A DNA stretch of 64,000 bases from the NCBI GenBank assembly GCA_963746845.1, contig CAVVCZ010000004.1, forward strand, positions 992,001 through 1,056,000. The letters are read 5' to 3'. The notes under the pieces are model-generated. The model was not told the DNA's origin. It saw only the letters and a list, made by a program, of their open reading frames with translations, and did not search any database. The stretch is from an uncultured Chloroflexia bacterium (GTDB taxonomy: Bacteria; Chloroflexota; Limnocylindria; Limnocylindrales; CSP1-4). Position numbers and translations under genes: made by a program. Numbering within the stretch: position 1 is the first letter of the stretch; every line of letters starts with the position of its first letter. Shown here piece after piece: positions 24,793 through 34,227 of the stretch.

Positions 24793-26471
24793 ACCGCCGG
24801 CGGCGCATGGTCGCCGCCACCGGCGTCGTCGCCGTCGTGGCCGTGGTCGCGGTGGCCCTCACCGTGATCGGGTTCGGGCTGGGTCGCGGGATGCCTGGTG
24901 GCGCGAGCGCCGTCCCCCACTTCGTCGACGAGAGCGGTTCGTCGGGCGTCGGGATGACCTACGACGGCGACGCCATCTACAGCACCGGCGGCGGCGTGGC
25001 GGTCCTCGACTGCAATGCCGACCGGCGCCCGGATCTGTACATCGCCGGCGGGAGCAACCCCGCGACCCTCTACCGGAACGAGGGCGCGACGGGCGGGAGC
25101 CTGCGGTTCACGGCCCTTTCGGACCCACTGACCGATCGGACCGGGGTGATCGGCGCCTATCCGCTCGACATCGACGGCGACGGGGTCCCCGATCTCGCGG
25201 TGCTTCGGGCCGACGGCGTGTCGCTCCTGCGGGGCATGGGCTCGTGCGCGTTCACCGACGCGACCGCCGCCCTCGGATTCGACGGCGGCGGGCGCTGGAC
25301 GACGGCGTTCAGCGCGACCTGGGAGGGCACGGCGACGCTGCCGACCCTCGCCCTCGGTCGGTATCTGCAGCTCGAGGCGAACGGCGCCGCGTCCCAGGAC
25401 TGCGACGAGAACGCGCTCGTCCGGCCCGCCGCCGCGACCGCCACGACCTACAGACCGGCCCTCGCGCTCGGTCCGGGATTCTGCAGCCTGTCGATCCTGT
25501 TCAGCGACTGGGATGGGTCCGGCCGGCGCGACCTCCGCGTGTCCAACGACCGCCAGTACTACATCGACGGCCAGGAGCAGCTGTGGCGGGTCGCCCCGGG
25601 TGAGACGCCGCGCCTCTACACCGCCGCGGACGGGTGGCAGACCGTGAAGATCTGGGGCATGGGCATCGCCAGCTACGACGTGACCGGCGACGGCCATCCT
25701 GACGTCTACCTGACGAGCCAGGGCGACAACAAGCTCCAGACGCTGACCGCGGGTCCGACCCAGCCGACCTACCACGACATCGCCCTGGCCAAGGGCGTGA
25801 CGGCCTCGCAGCCGTACACCGGCGGGGACACGCTGCCGTCGACCGCCTGGCACCCGGAGTTCCAGGATGTGAACAACGACGGCCGGATCGACCTGTTCGT
25901 CTCGAAGGGCAACGTCAACGTCATCCCGGACTATGCGGCGAAGGACCCGAGCAACCTCCTCCTGGGCCAGCCGGACGGCACGTTCGCCGAGGGAGCGGAC
26001 GCCGCGGGCATCGTGTCGTTCGACCGTGGACGCGGGGCGGCCCTCGTGGATCTCAACCTCGACGGCCTGCTCGACCTCGTCGAGGTCAACTACGGCCAGC
26101 CGGTCGAGCTGTGGCGGAACGTCGGCGCCGGGTCGGCGACGGCGCCCGCGCCGATGGGCTCGTGGCTCGCCGTCCGTCCGCACCAGACCGGGCCGAACCC
26201 GGACGCGATCGGCGCCCGGATCGAGGTCCGGGCCGGCGATCTCACCCTGACCCGTGAGCTGACGGTCGGCGGGGGCCACGCCGGCGGCCAGCTCGGCTGG
26301 ACCCACCTGGGCCTCGGCGGCGCGTCCGCGGCCGACGTCCGCGTCGTCTGGCCGGACGGGACCGAGGGACCGTGGCAGCACGTGACCGCGAACCAGTTCC
26401 TCGACCTCGAGCGCGGCGCGGCCGCCCCGGTGACGTGGACGCCACCCGCGGCGTCGGCGTCCGCGCCATGA
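24789..26471 (+). CDS. CRTAC1 family protein (FG-GAP repeats + ASPIC/UnbV), membrane-anchored or secreted
   Basis: Basic plus hydrophobic N-terminus. Six DxxxDGxxD-type loops (DCNADRRPD, DIDGDGVPD, DWDGSGRRD, DVTGDGHPD, DVNNDGRID, DLNLDGLLD). C-terminal DAIGARIEV...HLGLG...VWPDG. TTGA overlap with the upstream gene. Confidence 0.88.
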   Translation: MNRRRRMVAATGVVAVVAVVAVALTVIGFGLGRGMPGGASAVPHFVDESGSSGVGMTYDGDAIYSTGGGVAVLDCNADRRPDLYIAGGSNPATLYRNEGATGGSLRFTALSDPLTDRTGVIGAYPLDIDGDGVPDLAVLRADGVSLLRGMGSCAFTDATAALGFDGGGRWTTAFSATWEGTATLPTLALGRYLQLEANGAASQDCDENALVRPAAATATTYRPALALGPGFCSLSILFSDWDGSGRRDLRVSNDRQYYIDGQEQLWRVAPGETPRLYTAADGWQTVKIWGMGIASYDVTGDGHPDVYLTSQGDNKLQTLTAGPTQPTYHDIALAKGVTASQPYTGGDTLPSTAWHPEFQDVNNDGRIDLFVSKGNVNVIPDYAAKDPSNLLLGQPDGTFAEGADAAGIVSFDRGRGAALVDLNLDGLLDLVEVNYGQPVELWRNVGAGSATAPAPMGSWLAVRPHQTGPNPDAIGARIEVRAGDLTLTRELTVGGGHAGGQLGWTHLGLGGASAADVRVVWPDGTEGPWQHVTANQFLDLERGAAAPVTWTPPAASASAP

Positions 26472-26507
26472 TCTGAGCCCCAGCCCGATGCACGAGGTCC
26501 CATCGCG

Positions 26508-27890
26508 ATGACGGCCAGCCCGCCCAGACTCGCCGACATCGGCGTTCCCGCGTTCGACGAGCCGTCCGTCCGGCCGGAGCTGCCCGCGGGTCGCCACGCC
26601 CAGCGGATCGAGGCATTGCGGGCCCGGATGCACGCGCGTGGCTACGACCGCCTCGTCGTCTACGCGGACCGCGAGCACAGCGCCTCGATCTCGTTCCTCA
26701 CCGGGTTCGACCCGCGGTTCGAGGAGGCGATCCTCGTCGTGGGGCCCGACGGCGACCCGGCGATCCTCGTCGGCAACGAGTGCTGGGGCATGGCCGGCTC
26801 CGCGCCCCTCCTGATGCGCCGCCACCTCCTCCAGGACCTGAGCCTCCCGAGCCAGCCGCGCGATCGCTCCCGGCCGCTGGCGGAGATCCTCGGCGACGAG
26901 GGCATCACGCGCGGCCGCCGGGTCGGCGTCGTGGGCTGGAAGACGTTCGCGGACCGTTCCGTCATCGAGGTCCCGGCGTTCCTCGTCGACGTGCTGCGCG
27001 GCCGTGTCGGACCGGACGGCCTCGTCGACAACGCGAACGACCTGCTGATCGACCCGGCGGACGGGCTGCGGGTCGTCAACGACGTCGACCAGCTCGCGTT
27101 CTTCGAGTGGGCGGCCACCCAGACCTCCGGCGGCGTCCGGCGCCTGCTCCGCGGCCTGCGGCCCGGGCTGACCGAGCGTGAGGCGGTCCGGCTGCTCGAC
27201 TGGAACGGCACCCCGCTGTCCTGCCACCTGATGCTGACCGCCGGGCCGCGCGCGACGCTCGGCCTGCTGAGCCCGGGCGACCGACCGATCGAGCGCGGCG
27301 ACCGGTTCACGGTCGCCTTCGGCATCTGGGGCGCGCTCAACTGCCGGGCCGGGTTCGTCGTCGAGGACGCCGACGAGCTGCCGGCGGGGATCCGCGACTA
27401 CGTCGACCGGCTCGTCGGCCCGTACTTCGCGGCCGTCGTCGAGTGGTACGGCGCGCTCCGGATCGGGGTCACGGGCGGCGAGCTCCAGGCAGTCATCGAT
27501 CGGCGGCTCGGCGACCCGTTCTTCGGGATCTTCCTGAACCCGGGCCATCAGATCCACCTCGACGAATGGGTGAACTCCCCGATCTTCCGAGACTCGACGA
27601 TCCCTCTCCGATCCGGGATGGCGTTCCAGGTCGACATCATCCCGGCGACGGGCACCGACTACTTCACGACGAACATCGAGGATGGGATCGCGCTCGCGGA
27701 CGACGCGTTGCGCGAGGCGTTCGCGGCCCGCTACCCGGAGGCGTGGGCCCGGATCGTCGCGCGCCGCGCGTTCATGGCCGAGCACCTCGGGCTCGACCTG
27801 CACCCGGACGTGCTGCCGTTCTCGAACCTCCCGGCGTACCTGCCGCCGTTCCTGCTCGCCCCGGACCGCGCGATGACGGTGGCGGCATGA
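26508..27890 (+). CDS. M24/creatinase-fold (Xaa-Pro aminopeptidase-like) protein with an altered metal site
   Basis: Creatinase_N-like start (YADREH...FLTGFDPRFEEA) and C-terminal NPGHQIHLDEW, SGMAFQVD, NIEDG. Confidence 0.8.
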   Translation: MTASPPRLADIGVPAFDEPSVRPELPAGRHAQRIEALRARMHARGYDRLVVYADREHSASISFLTGFDPRFEEAILVVGPDGDPAILVGNECWGMAGSAPLLMRRHLLQDLSLPSQPRDRSRPLAEILGDEGITRGRRVGVVGWKTFADRSVIEVPAFLVDVLRGRVGPDGLVDNANDLLIDPADGLRVVNDVDQLAFFEWAATQTSGGVRRLLRGLRPGLTEREAVRLLDWNGTPLSCHLMLTAGPRATLGLLSPGDRPIERGDRFTVAFGIWGALNCRAGFVVEDADELPAGIRDYVDRLVGPYFAAVVEWYGALRIGVTGGELQAVIDRRLGDPFFGIFLNPGHQIHLDEWVNSPIFRDSTIPLRSGMAFQVDIIPATGTDYFTTNIEDGIALADDALREAFAARYPEAWARIVARRAFMAEHLGLDLHPDVLPFSNLPAYLPPFLLAPDRAMTVAA

Positions 27891-28777
27891 GCGCCGCGAG
27901 CGCCGTCGGGCCGATCGTCCGGCTCGGCACCGACCGGATCGCCCTGGAGGTCCTGCCCGAGGTGGGCGCGCGGATCCACCGGCTGACGGTCGACGGGCAC
28001 GACCTCATCCGCACGCCGGCCGACCCGACCCGCCACCTCGATGACCCGTGGTTCTGGGGTAGCTACCCGATGGCGCCCTGGTGCAACCGGATCGCCCCCG
28101 GCCGGACCCTCGTCGCGGGCCATGAGCTGGACCTCGCCCCGAACTTCCCCGACGGGACCGCGATCCACGGCCAGGTCGCACGCGCCGGGTGGCGCCGGGT
28201 GGACGACGGGGCCTTCCGGATCCGGGCGGGCGGCGACGGCTGGCCGTGGCCGTACGAGGTCGAGCAATCCTTCGTGATCGGCGACACGGGCCTGGATCTC
28301 GATCTGCGCCTGACCAACCTCGCCGATGACCCGATGCCCGCCGGGATCGGGTTCCACCCGTGGTTCGTGCGGCCGCTGTCCGTCGCGTTCGCCGCATCGT
28401 CCGTCCACGGCTCCAACCTCGCGACGAATCCGGAGCCCGTGCCGGTCGCCGGCCCGTTCGACCTCCGCCGCCTGCAACCGATGCCCGAGGATCTCGACGC
28501 GACGTGGGTCGACATCGGCGAGCCGCCGATCCGGCTGGCCTGGCCGGCCGTGGGACTGGGCGCGGTCGTCACCTTCGACGCGCCGACCCGCTTCGTGACC
28601 GCCGCGAGCCCGGCTGCCATCGACGCGGTCGCGGTCGAGCCGCAGACCCACGCCCCGGGCGGGATCCGCCGCCTCCTCGAGGGGGAGCCCGGAGGCCTGG
28701 CCCTCCTCGGCGCAGGTGACACGCTGGAGCTGAGCGTCCGGATCGCGTTCAGCGCAGACGCGTCCGCACAAACCTGA
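27887..28777 (+). CDS. Aldose 1-epimerase (mutarotase) family protein
   Basis: PWCNRI, TAIHG, GFHPWF, AVEPQT. ATGA overlap with the upstream gene. Confidence 0.88.
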   Translation: MSAASAVGPIVRLGTDRIALEVLPEVGARIHRLTVDGHDLIRTPADPTRHLDDPWFWGSYPMAPWCNRIAPGRTLVAGHELDLAPNFPDGTAIHGQVARAGWRRVDDGAFRIRAGGDGWPWPYEVEQSFVIGDTGLDLDLRLTNLADDPMPAGIGFHPWFVRPLSVAFAASSVHGSNLATNPEPVPVAGPFDLRRLQPMPEDLDATWVDIGEPPIRLAWPAVGLGAVVTFDAPTRFVTAASPAAIDAVAVEPQTHAPGGIRRLLEGEPGGLALLGAGDTLELSVRIAFSADASAQT

Positions 28778-28812
28778 CAGACCCTGTCCGGGACGGCCCC
28801 GATCATCCCGCC

Positions 28813-29271
28813 ATGGATCGACGGACCCTGCGCGCACAGATCGAGGCCGGCCGGGACCGCTTCGACGGGGCTCTTGCCGGCCTCGGCGACGACGCGATGC
28901 TCGAGCGGATCGACGAGGAGTGGACGCGCAAGGACGTCGTCGCCCACGTCGAGGCGTGGGAGCGTCGCGTCGTCCGACTCTTCGCGGGCCTCCGGACCGG
29001 TGCCCCGATCGACGGGGACGAGGAAACGGACAGCCTGAACGCGCGGCTGTACGTGCAGGACCGGGATCGGTCGCTGGCGGACGTCCGGTCCGGCGAGCGG
29101 GCGGCCTACGAGGCGATGCTCGCCGCGCTAGACGATGCGTCCGATGAGGAGCTGTTCGACCCGAAGCACTTCGTCTGGACCGACGGCGACCCGTTTGCCG
29201 AGTGGTTCCGGGCGAACGGCGACGAGCACTATGACGAGCATCTCGAGCAGCTGACCCGGCCCGCCAGGTAG
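28813..29271 (+). CDS. DinB/DUF1706 (ClbS/DfsB-like) four-helix bundle protein
   Basis: WTRKDVVAHVEAWE and a C-terminal EHYDEH. Confidence 0.8.
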   Translation: MDRRTLRAQIEAGRDRFDGALAGLGDDAMLERIDEEWTRKDVVAHVEAWERRVVRLFAGLRTGAPIDGDEETDSLNARLYVQDRDRSLADVRSGERAAYEAMLAALDDASDEELFDPKHFVWTDGDPFAEWFRANGDEHYDEHLEQLTRPAR

Positions 29272-29296
29272 GCCGTGGGGCGGGCGGCGACGGCAC

Positions 29297-30397
29297 TCAG
29301 CCCGCGACGTGCGCCCTCGTGATGTCGGCGACGGTCGGCGTCCCGAGCAGGGTCATCGCGAGCAGCGTCTCGGTCCGCAGGATGTCGAGCGCGCGAGCCA
29401 CGCCCGCTTCGCCGAAGGCCGCGAGCGCCCAAACGATCGGCCGCCCGACGAGCACCCCGCGCGCACCGAGGGCGAGCGCGGTCACGACATCCAGGCCGCG
29501 GCGGATGCCGCCGTCGACCCAGACCTCGAGCCGTCGGTCGACCGCGGCGACGACCTCCTCGAGGGCGCCGGCCGTCGTCACCGTCCGGTCCAGCTGGCGG
29601 GCCCCATGGTTCGACACCACGATCCCGTCGACCCCGTGCTCGACCGCGAGATGGGCGTCCTCGGCCGTCAGGATCCCCTTCAGGAACAGGGGCACACCCG
29701 TCCAGCCGCGGATCGTCGCAAGATCGGACCAGCGGAGACCCTGGTCGAAGGCGTCGACGATGATGTCGTAGCCGCCGTCGGCCGACCCGTCGTGGCTCGC
29801 ATGGTCCGGCCCGCCGTCGGGGAAGTTGCCGTGGCGGACCGACAGGTCGAACCCGCTCCGGAGGTCCCGCTCGCGGTAGCCGAGCACGGGCAGGTCGACG
29901 GTCACGAGGATCGCCCGGTAGCCCGCGGCCTCGGCCCGCTCGACGAGGCTCCGGGTCCGGCCCTGGTCGGCCTGGGTGTAGAGCTGGAACCAGCGCGGCC
30001 CGTCCGGCGCGGCGGCCGCGACCTCCTCGATCGACGCGGTCGACATCGTCGAGACCGTGAACGGCACACCAGTCGACGCGGCGGCCCGGGCGGTCGCGAG
30101 CTCACCCTCGGGATGGGCGAGCCCGTGCGCGGCCATCGGGGCGATCCCGATCGGGAGCGGGACGACGCTTCCGGCCATGGTCGTCGCCGGATCCACCCGG
30201 TTGACGTCGACGAGGACCCGTGGCCGGAGCCGGCGCCGGCGCCATGCCTCCTCGGCCTCGCCGAGCGACAGCTCGTCCCAGGCGCCGCCGGCGACGTAGT
30301 CGTAGGCACCGGGGTCCATGACCGCCCGCGCGAGCGGCTCGAAGTCGGCGAGCCGCACGATCGAGGCGAGGGCGGTCGGCGGGAGGACGGCGGTCAT
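29297..30397 (-). CDS. FMN-dependent alpha-hydroxy acid oxidase/dehydrogenase
   Basis: YDYVAGGA, WFQLY, LVTVDLP, LKGI, SNHGARQLD, DGGIRRG. Confidence 0.93.
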   Translation of the reverse strand: MTAVLPPTALASIVRLADFEPLARAVMDPGAYDYVAGGAWDELSLGEAEEAWRRRRLRPRVLVDVNRVDPATTMAGSVVPLPIGIAPMAAHGLAHPEGELATARAAASTGVPFTVSTMSTASIEEVAAAAPDGPRWFQLYTQADQGRTRSLVERAEAAGYRAILVTVDLPVLGYRERDLRSGFDLSVRHGNFPDGGPDHASHDGSADGGYDIIVDAFDQGLRWSDLATIRGWTGVPLFLKGILTAEDAHLAVEHGVDGIVVSNHGARQLDRTVTTAGALEEVVAAVDRRLEVWVDGGIRRGLDVVTALALGARGVLVGRPIVWALAAFGEAGVARALDILRTETLLAMTLLGTPTVADITRAHVAG

Positions 30398-30408
30398 CGG
30401 GCCCGAGC

Positions 30409-33084
30409 CTAGCCGACGAGGTCGAGGTTGGCGAGGCTCGCGAGCATCGTCTTGCGGCCGACCGCCGGATCCTTGAACGCGACCGTGATCTCCTCGTCGC
30501 TGCGGGTCAGCTTGCTCGTCACGACGATGCCGTCGCCCCATCGCGCATGCCGCACGCGATCGCCGTCGCGGTACTGGCGCTCGCCCGGGATGACCGGCCG
30601 CGGCGGCCGGCTGCCGGTGGGTGCGGGACCGGGCCGGCCGAGCGAACCAGACGGCGCGCCGGCCTCGAACGCCTCGCGCTTCGCGGCGAGGTCGCGGGAC
30701 GGACGGAACGTCTCGCCGGGCGCCGGCCCGCCCGGCCGCCCCACCGGCTCGCGATAGGCCGGCTGGGACGGCGGCCGTCCCGCGCCACCCAGCGGGCGTC
30801 CGAACCGCGTCGTGCCGCGCGCCCCGAACGCCAGGTCCAGGTCGACGTCCAGCCCGGCCGCGCCGGTCGTGAGATCCGGCCCGACCATCAGCTCGGCCGG
30901 GATCTCGAGCAGGAACCGGGACGGCATCGACGCCTGGCCCATCCCCCAGGTCGCGCGTCGCCAGGCGTGCGACAGATAGAGCCGGCGCATCGCCCGGGTC
31001 ATCCCGACGTAGGCGAGCCGGCGCTCCTCCTCGAGCTCCTTCTCGTCGTCGAGCGCCCGGCTGTGCGGGAAGACGCCCTCCTCCAGCCCGGCGATGAACA
31101 CAACCGGGAACTCCAGGCCCTTCGCGGCATGGAGGGTGATCAGCGTGACCGCGTCGGCGTCGCCCTCGTAGGTGTCCTGGTCGGCGACGAGGGCGGTCTC
31201 CTCGAGCAGCCGGTCGAGCGCGTCGATCGGCTCGAGATCGTCGTAGCGGGTCGTGACCGAGCGCAGCTCGAGGAGGTTCGCCCAGCGCTCCTCGCCGTCC
31301 TCCGAGCCGTCGGCCAGCATCGCCCGGTAGCCCGACGCCTCGAGGGTCTCGTCGAGGAGCTCGGGCAGGTTCAGGACGCCGACCCGCGACCGGAGCCGGC
31401 GGATCAAGGCGGCGAAGTCGGCGAGGTTCGTCCGGGCGCGGGGCTGGAGCCCCTCGACGTCGCCGCGACCGGCAGCCTCGATCGCCTCCCAGGTCGTGAT
31501 CCCGTCGCGCAGTGACGCGCCCCGGATCACCTCGATCGTCTTGTCCCCGATCGCCCGCGCCGGGACGTTGATGATCCGCTCGAAGCTGACGCTGTCCGTG
31601 TCACTCCGCAGGACCCGCAGGTAGGCGAGCGCGTCCTTGACCTCGCGCCGGCTGTAGAACCGCGTGCCGCCGACGAGCTGGTAGCGGATCCCGTAGCGAA
31701 GGAACAATTCCTCGATCGCGCGGGACTGGGCGTTCATCCGGTACATGACCGCGATGTCGCGGGCCCGGAGCGTGCCCGCGTCCTCGTCGTCCGCCCGGCG
31801 CGTCAGGACGGATCCGCGGCCGCCGACCAGGCCCTCGACCTGGCGGGCGATCCACTCGGCCTCCTCTTCCTCGTTGTACGCCTCGAACCGCTGGATCTGC
31901 GCCCCGCCCGTCCGGTCGGTCCAGAGCTTCTTGTCGGTCCGCTCCGTGTTGCGGGAGACCACGGCGTGGGCGGCGTCGAGGATCAGCTGGGTCGAGCGGT
32001 AGTTCCGCTCCAGCTTGACGACCGTCGCGTCCGGGTAGTCGCGCTCGAAGTCGAGGATGTTCCGGATGTCCGCGCCACGCCAGCGGTAGATCGACTGGTC
32101 GTCGTCACCGACGACCGCGAGGTTCCGGTGCTTCGCCGCCAGGGCGCGGATCCACAGGTACTGCGGGCGGTTCGTGTCCTGGTACTCGTCGACATGGAGG
32201 TAGCGCCAGCGATCCTGGTAGCGCTCGAGGACCGCGGGTGCGGCCGCGAACAGCTCGACCGCCTCGAGCAGGAGGTCGTCGAAGTCGAGCGCGCCGACCT
32301 TCCGGAGCCGCTCCTCGTAGCGGACCGCGAGGCGCGCGATCGTCCGCTCGCGATGGTTGACGGCGTTGTCCCGGAGGAACGCGGCATCGAGCATCTCGTT
32401 CTTCGCCCGGCTGATCGCACCGAGGACGGCGCTCGGCCGGAACTCGCCGGTCAGCGGCAGGTCCTCCTCCCGGAGGAGCTGCTTCATCAGGCTCCCCTGG
32501 TCCTCGGTGTCGTAGACCACGAACCGCCGGTCGATCCCGATCGCCTCGCCGTCGCGCCGGAGGACGCGCGCGCAGAGCGAGTGGAAGGTCCCCGCCTGGA
32601 CGTCGCGACCCGGCTCGCCGACGAGGCTGATGATCCGCTCCCGGAGCTCGCCGGCCGCCCGGTTCGTGAACGTCACCGCGAGGATCTGCCACGGCCGGAC
32701 GCCCTTCACGCCGACGAGGTAGGCGACACGGTGGGCGAGCACGCGCGTCTTGCCGGACCCCGCCCCCGCGAGGATCAGCAATGGCCCCTCGGTCGTGGTG
32801 ACGGCACGGGCCTGCTCCGGGTTCAGGGCGCGGACGATCTCCTCGATCCGGCGCTGGCGCGTGGCCGCGCTCGCCTGGGTCGCGGCGGCGTCACGGGCCG
32901 CGCGCTCCTCGGGCGTGAGACGGTCCCACGGCGCCTCGATCGGTCCGGGTGCATCGACGAGCCAGGCCGGCTCCGCGGGGGCGGTCGGGGGATCCGTGTC
33001 GGCCTCGCCGACGCTCGTCCCGACCGGTTCCGCGACCTCATCGGGCACGGGGCCATCGGGTGCGCGTCGGGTGGTGGGGCTCAC
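30409..33084 (-). CDS. pcrA: ATP-dependent DNA helicase PcrA/UvrD
   Basis: LNPEQ, AGAGSGKT, TFTNRAA, VDEYQD, VGDDDQSIY, NYRS, TLHAAKGLEF, EERRLAYVGMTRA, and a C-terminal Tudor-like GDRVRH..WGDG. Confidence 0.95.
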   Translation of the reverse strand: MSPTTRRAPDGPVPDEVAEPVGTSVGEADTDPPTAPAEPAWLVDAPGPIEAPWDRLTPEERAARDAAATQASAATRQRRIEEIVRALNPEQARAVTTTEGPLLILAGAGSGKTRVLAHRVAYLVGVKGVRPWQILAVTFTNRAAGELRERIISLVGEPGRDVQAGTFHSLCARVLRRDGEAIGIDRRFVVYDTEDQGSLMKQLLREEDLPLTGEFRPSAVLGAISRAKNEMLDAAFLRDNAVNHRERTIARLAVRYEERLRKVGALDFDDLLLEAVELFAAAPAVLERYQDRWRYLHVDEYQDTNRPQYLWIRALAAKHRNLAVVGDDDQSIYRWRGADIRNILDFERDYPDATVVKLERNYRSTQLILDAAHAVVSRNTERTDKKLWTDRTGGAQIQRFEAYNEEEEAEWIARQVEGLVGGRGSVLTRRADDEDAGTLRARDIAVMYRMNAQSRAIEELFLRYGIRYQLVGGTRFYSRREVKDALAYLRVLRSDTDSVSFERIINVPARAIGDKTIEVIRGASLRDGITTWEAIEAAGRGDVEGLQPRARTNLADFAALIRRLRSRVGVLNLPELLDETLEASGYRAMLADGSEDGEERWANLLELRSVTTRYDDLEPIDALDRLLEETALVADQDTYEGDADAVTLITLHAAKGLEFPVVFIAGLEEGVFPHSRALDDEKELEEERRLAYVGMTRAMRRLYLSHAWRRATWGMGQASMPSRFLLEIPAELMVGPDLTTGAAGLDVDLDLAFGARGTTRFGRPLGGAGRPPSQPAYREPVGRPGGPAPGETFRPSRDLAAKREAFEAGAPSGSLGRPGPAPTGSRPPRPVIPGERQYRDGDRVRHARWGDGIVVTSKLTRSDEEITVAFKDPAVGRKTMLASLANLDLVG

Positions 33085-33190
33085 CCGACCATTGTAGGTC
33101 GGGGCCCTTCGCCGGGGCCCATCGGCCGGCGGAATCGAGAGGCCCGGATCGTCGATCCGGGCCCCGCGGGTTCGATGGCGAGTCGCGGAG

Positions 33191-33970
33191 CTACTGGCTC
33201 ACGACCTGGTCGGCGGGTGGCGCCTCGACGGACACCGCCACGTCGTACTTGATGTCGATCGTGGCTCCGAACGTGCCCATGTCGACCGTCGCGACGCTCA
33301 GGGCGATCTTCGCCGGGCGATAGTCGCTCTTGCGGCTCCAGACGTCGAGCTTGATGTCGCCGTTGACCGAGCTCGTGGGATCGAGCGCCTTCATGTCCGC
33401 GGCGGTCACGGTGATCGTCACGTGGTAGCAGTCCTGGTCGCCGCACTTCTCGTCGGGCTGCTTGACCGGTGCCGAGGGCAGCTTGTCGAGCGCGTCCTGG
33501 ATCTGCTTGGCGGCCGCCTGCGGGTCCGTGACGTCTCCGGCCGGGCTGGTCGACGCGTCGGGCACCTCGACCTTGGTCCACTTGTCCGCGGACGCGTTCA
33601 GCGCCATGGCGAGCGGTCCCGCGATCTTGTAGTAGGCCGTCTGGTCGATGAGCAGGGCATCGATCTTCGTGCCCATCAGGCTCGGCGCGTCGAGGCTGAC
33701 CTTGGCCTTCTTGTTCGGGATGTCCATGGCGCCGTTGAGCGTCATCGTGGACAGGTCGATCGTGCCGAGCTGGTCGGCCTTGACGGAGCCCGTGAAGGAG
33801 CCGGTGAACTCGAACGTCTTGACGTCCTTGAGCGACGTCACGGACTTCGTGAGGATGTCCTTGGGATCGGTGAGGGCCGGGGCGGCGGGCGTGGAGGAGC
33901 ACGCGGCCATGACGACCGCGAGGGTCGCGATCAGCGCGAAGAGCGAGGCAAGAGCCGGACGACGGGACAC
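33191..33970 (-). CDS. LppX/LprAFG-like lipoprotein
   Basis: GTG at 33970 with an AGGAGG SD, lipobox VMAAC, a beta-rich body and a C-terminal VSVEAPPADQV typical of this fold. Confidence 0.75.
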   Translation of the reverse strand: MSRRPALASLFALIATLAVVMAACSSTPAAPALTDPKDILTKSVTSLKDVKTFEFTGSFTGSVKADQLGTIDLSTMTLNGAMDIPNKKAKVSLDAPSLMGTKIDALLIDQTAYYKIAGPLAMALNASADKWTKVEVPDASTSPAGDVTDPQAAAKQIQDALDKLPSAPVKQPDEKCGDQDCYHVTITVTAADMKALDPTSSVNGDIKLDVWSRKSDYRPAKIALSVATVDMGTFGATIDIKYDVAVSVEAPPADQVVSQ

Positions 33971-34227
33971 GAAGACCCTCCTGGGTGGGTTGACCGGGCA
34001 AGCGTCACCTCGGGCCCGCCACCCTGTCAAACGGCCGAATGTCCCATCCGGTCCTGCCACACAGCCCGTTTGCGAGCCGGCCGATCTGATTCGAATTCGC
34101 TCGGCCGGGATCCGCGTTGCGGATGGATCCCGCGCGACCCGCGAGTGATCGGCCGCGGTGATGCTTCCGATCGAGAGCGACGGAGGCGAGACACAGTCGA
34201 GGTGCGGATCGGGCCTGGGTCGGCGCC

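Noticed and set aside
29297-30397. Alpha-hydroxy acid oxidase as part of an oxidative (Dahms-type) xylose route
   Set aside because: It is on the opposite strand, apparently co-transcribed with pcrA, and no xylonate dehydratase or aldolase is present in the window.
34024-34038. CTGTCAAACGGCCG resembling the dispersed repeat
   Set aside because: It is better explained as the -35 box (TTGACA, minus strand) of the lipoprotein promoter, and it has no inverted partner.
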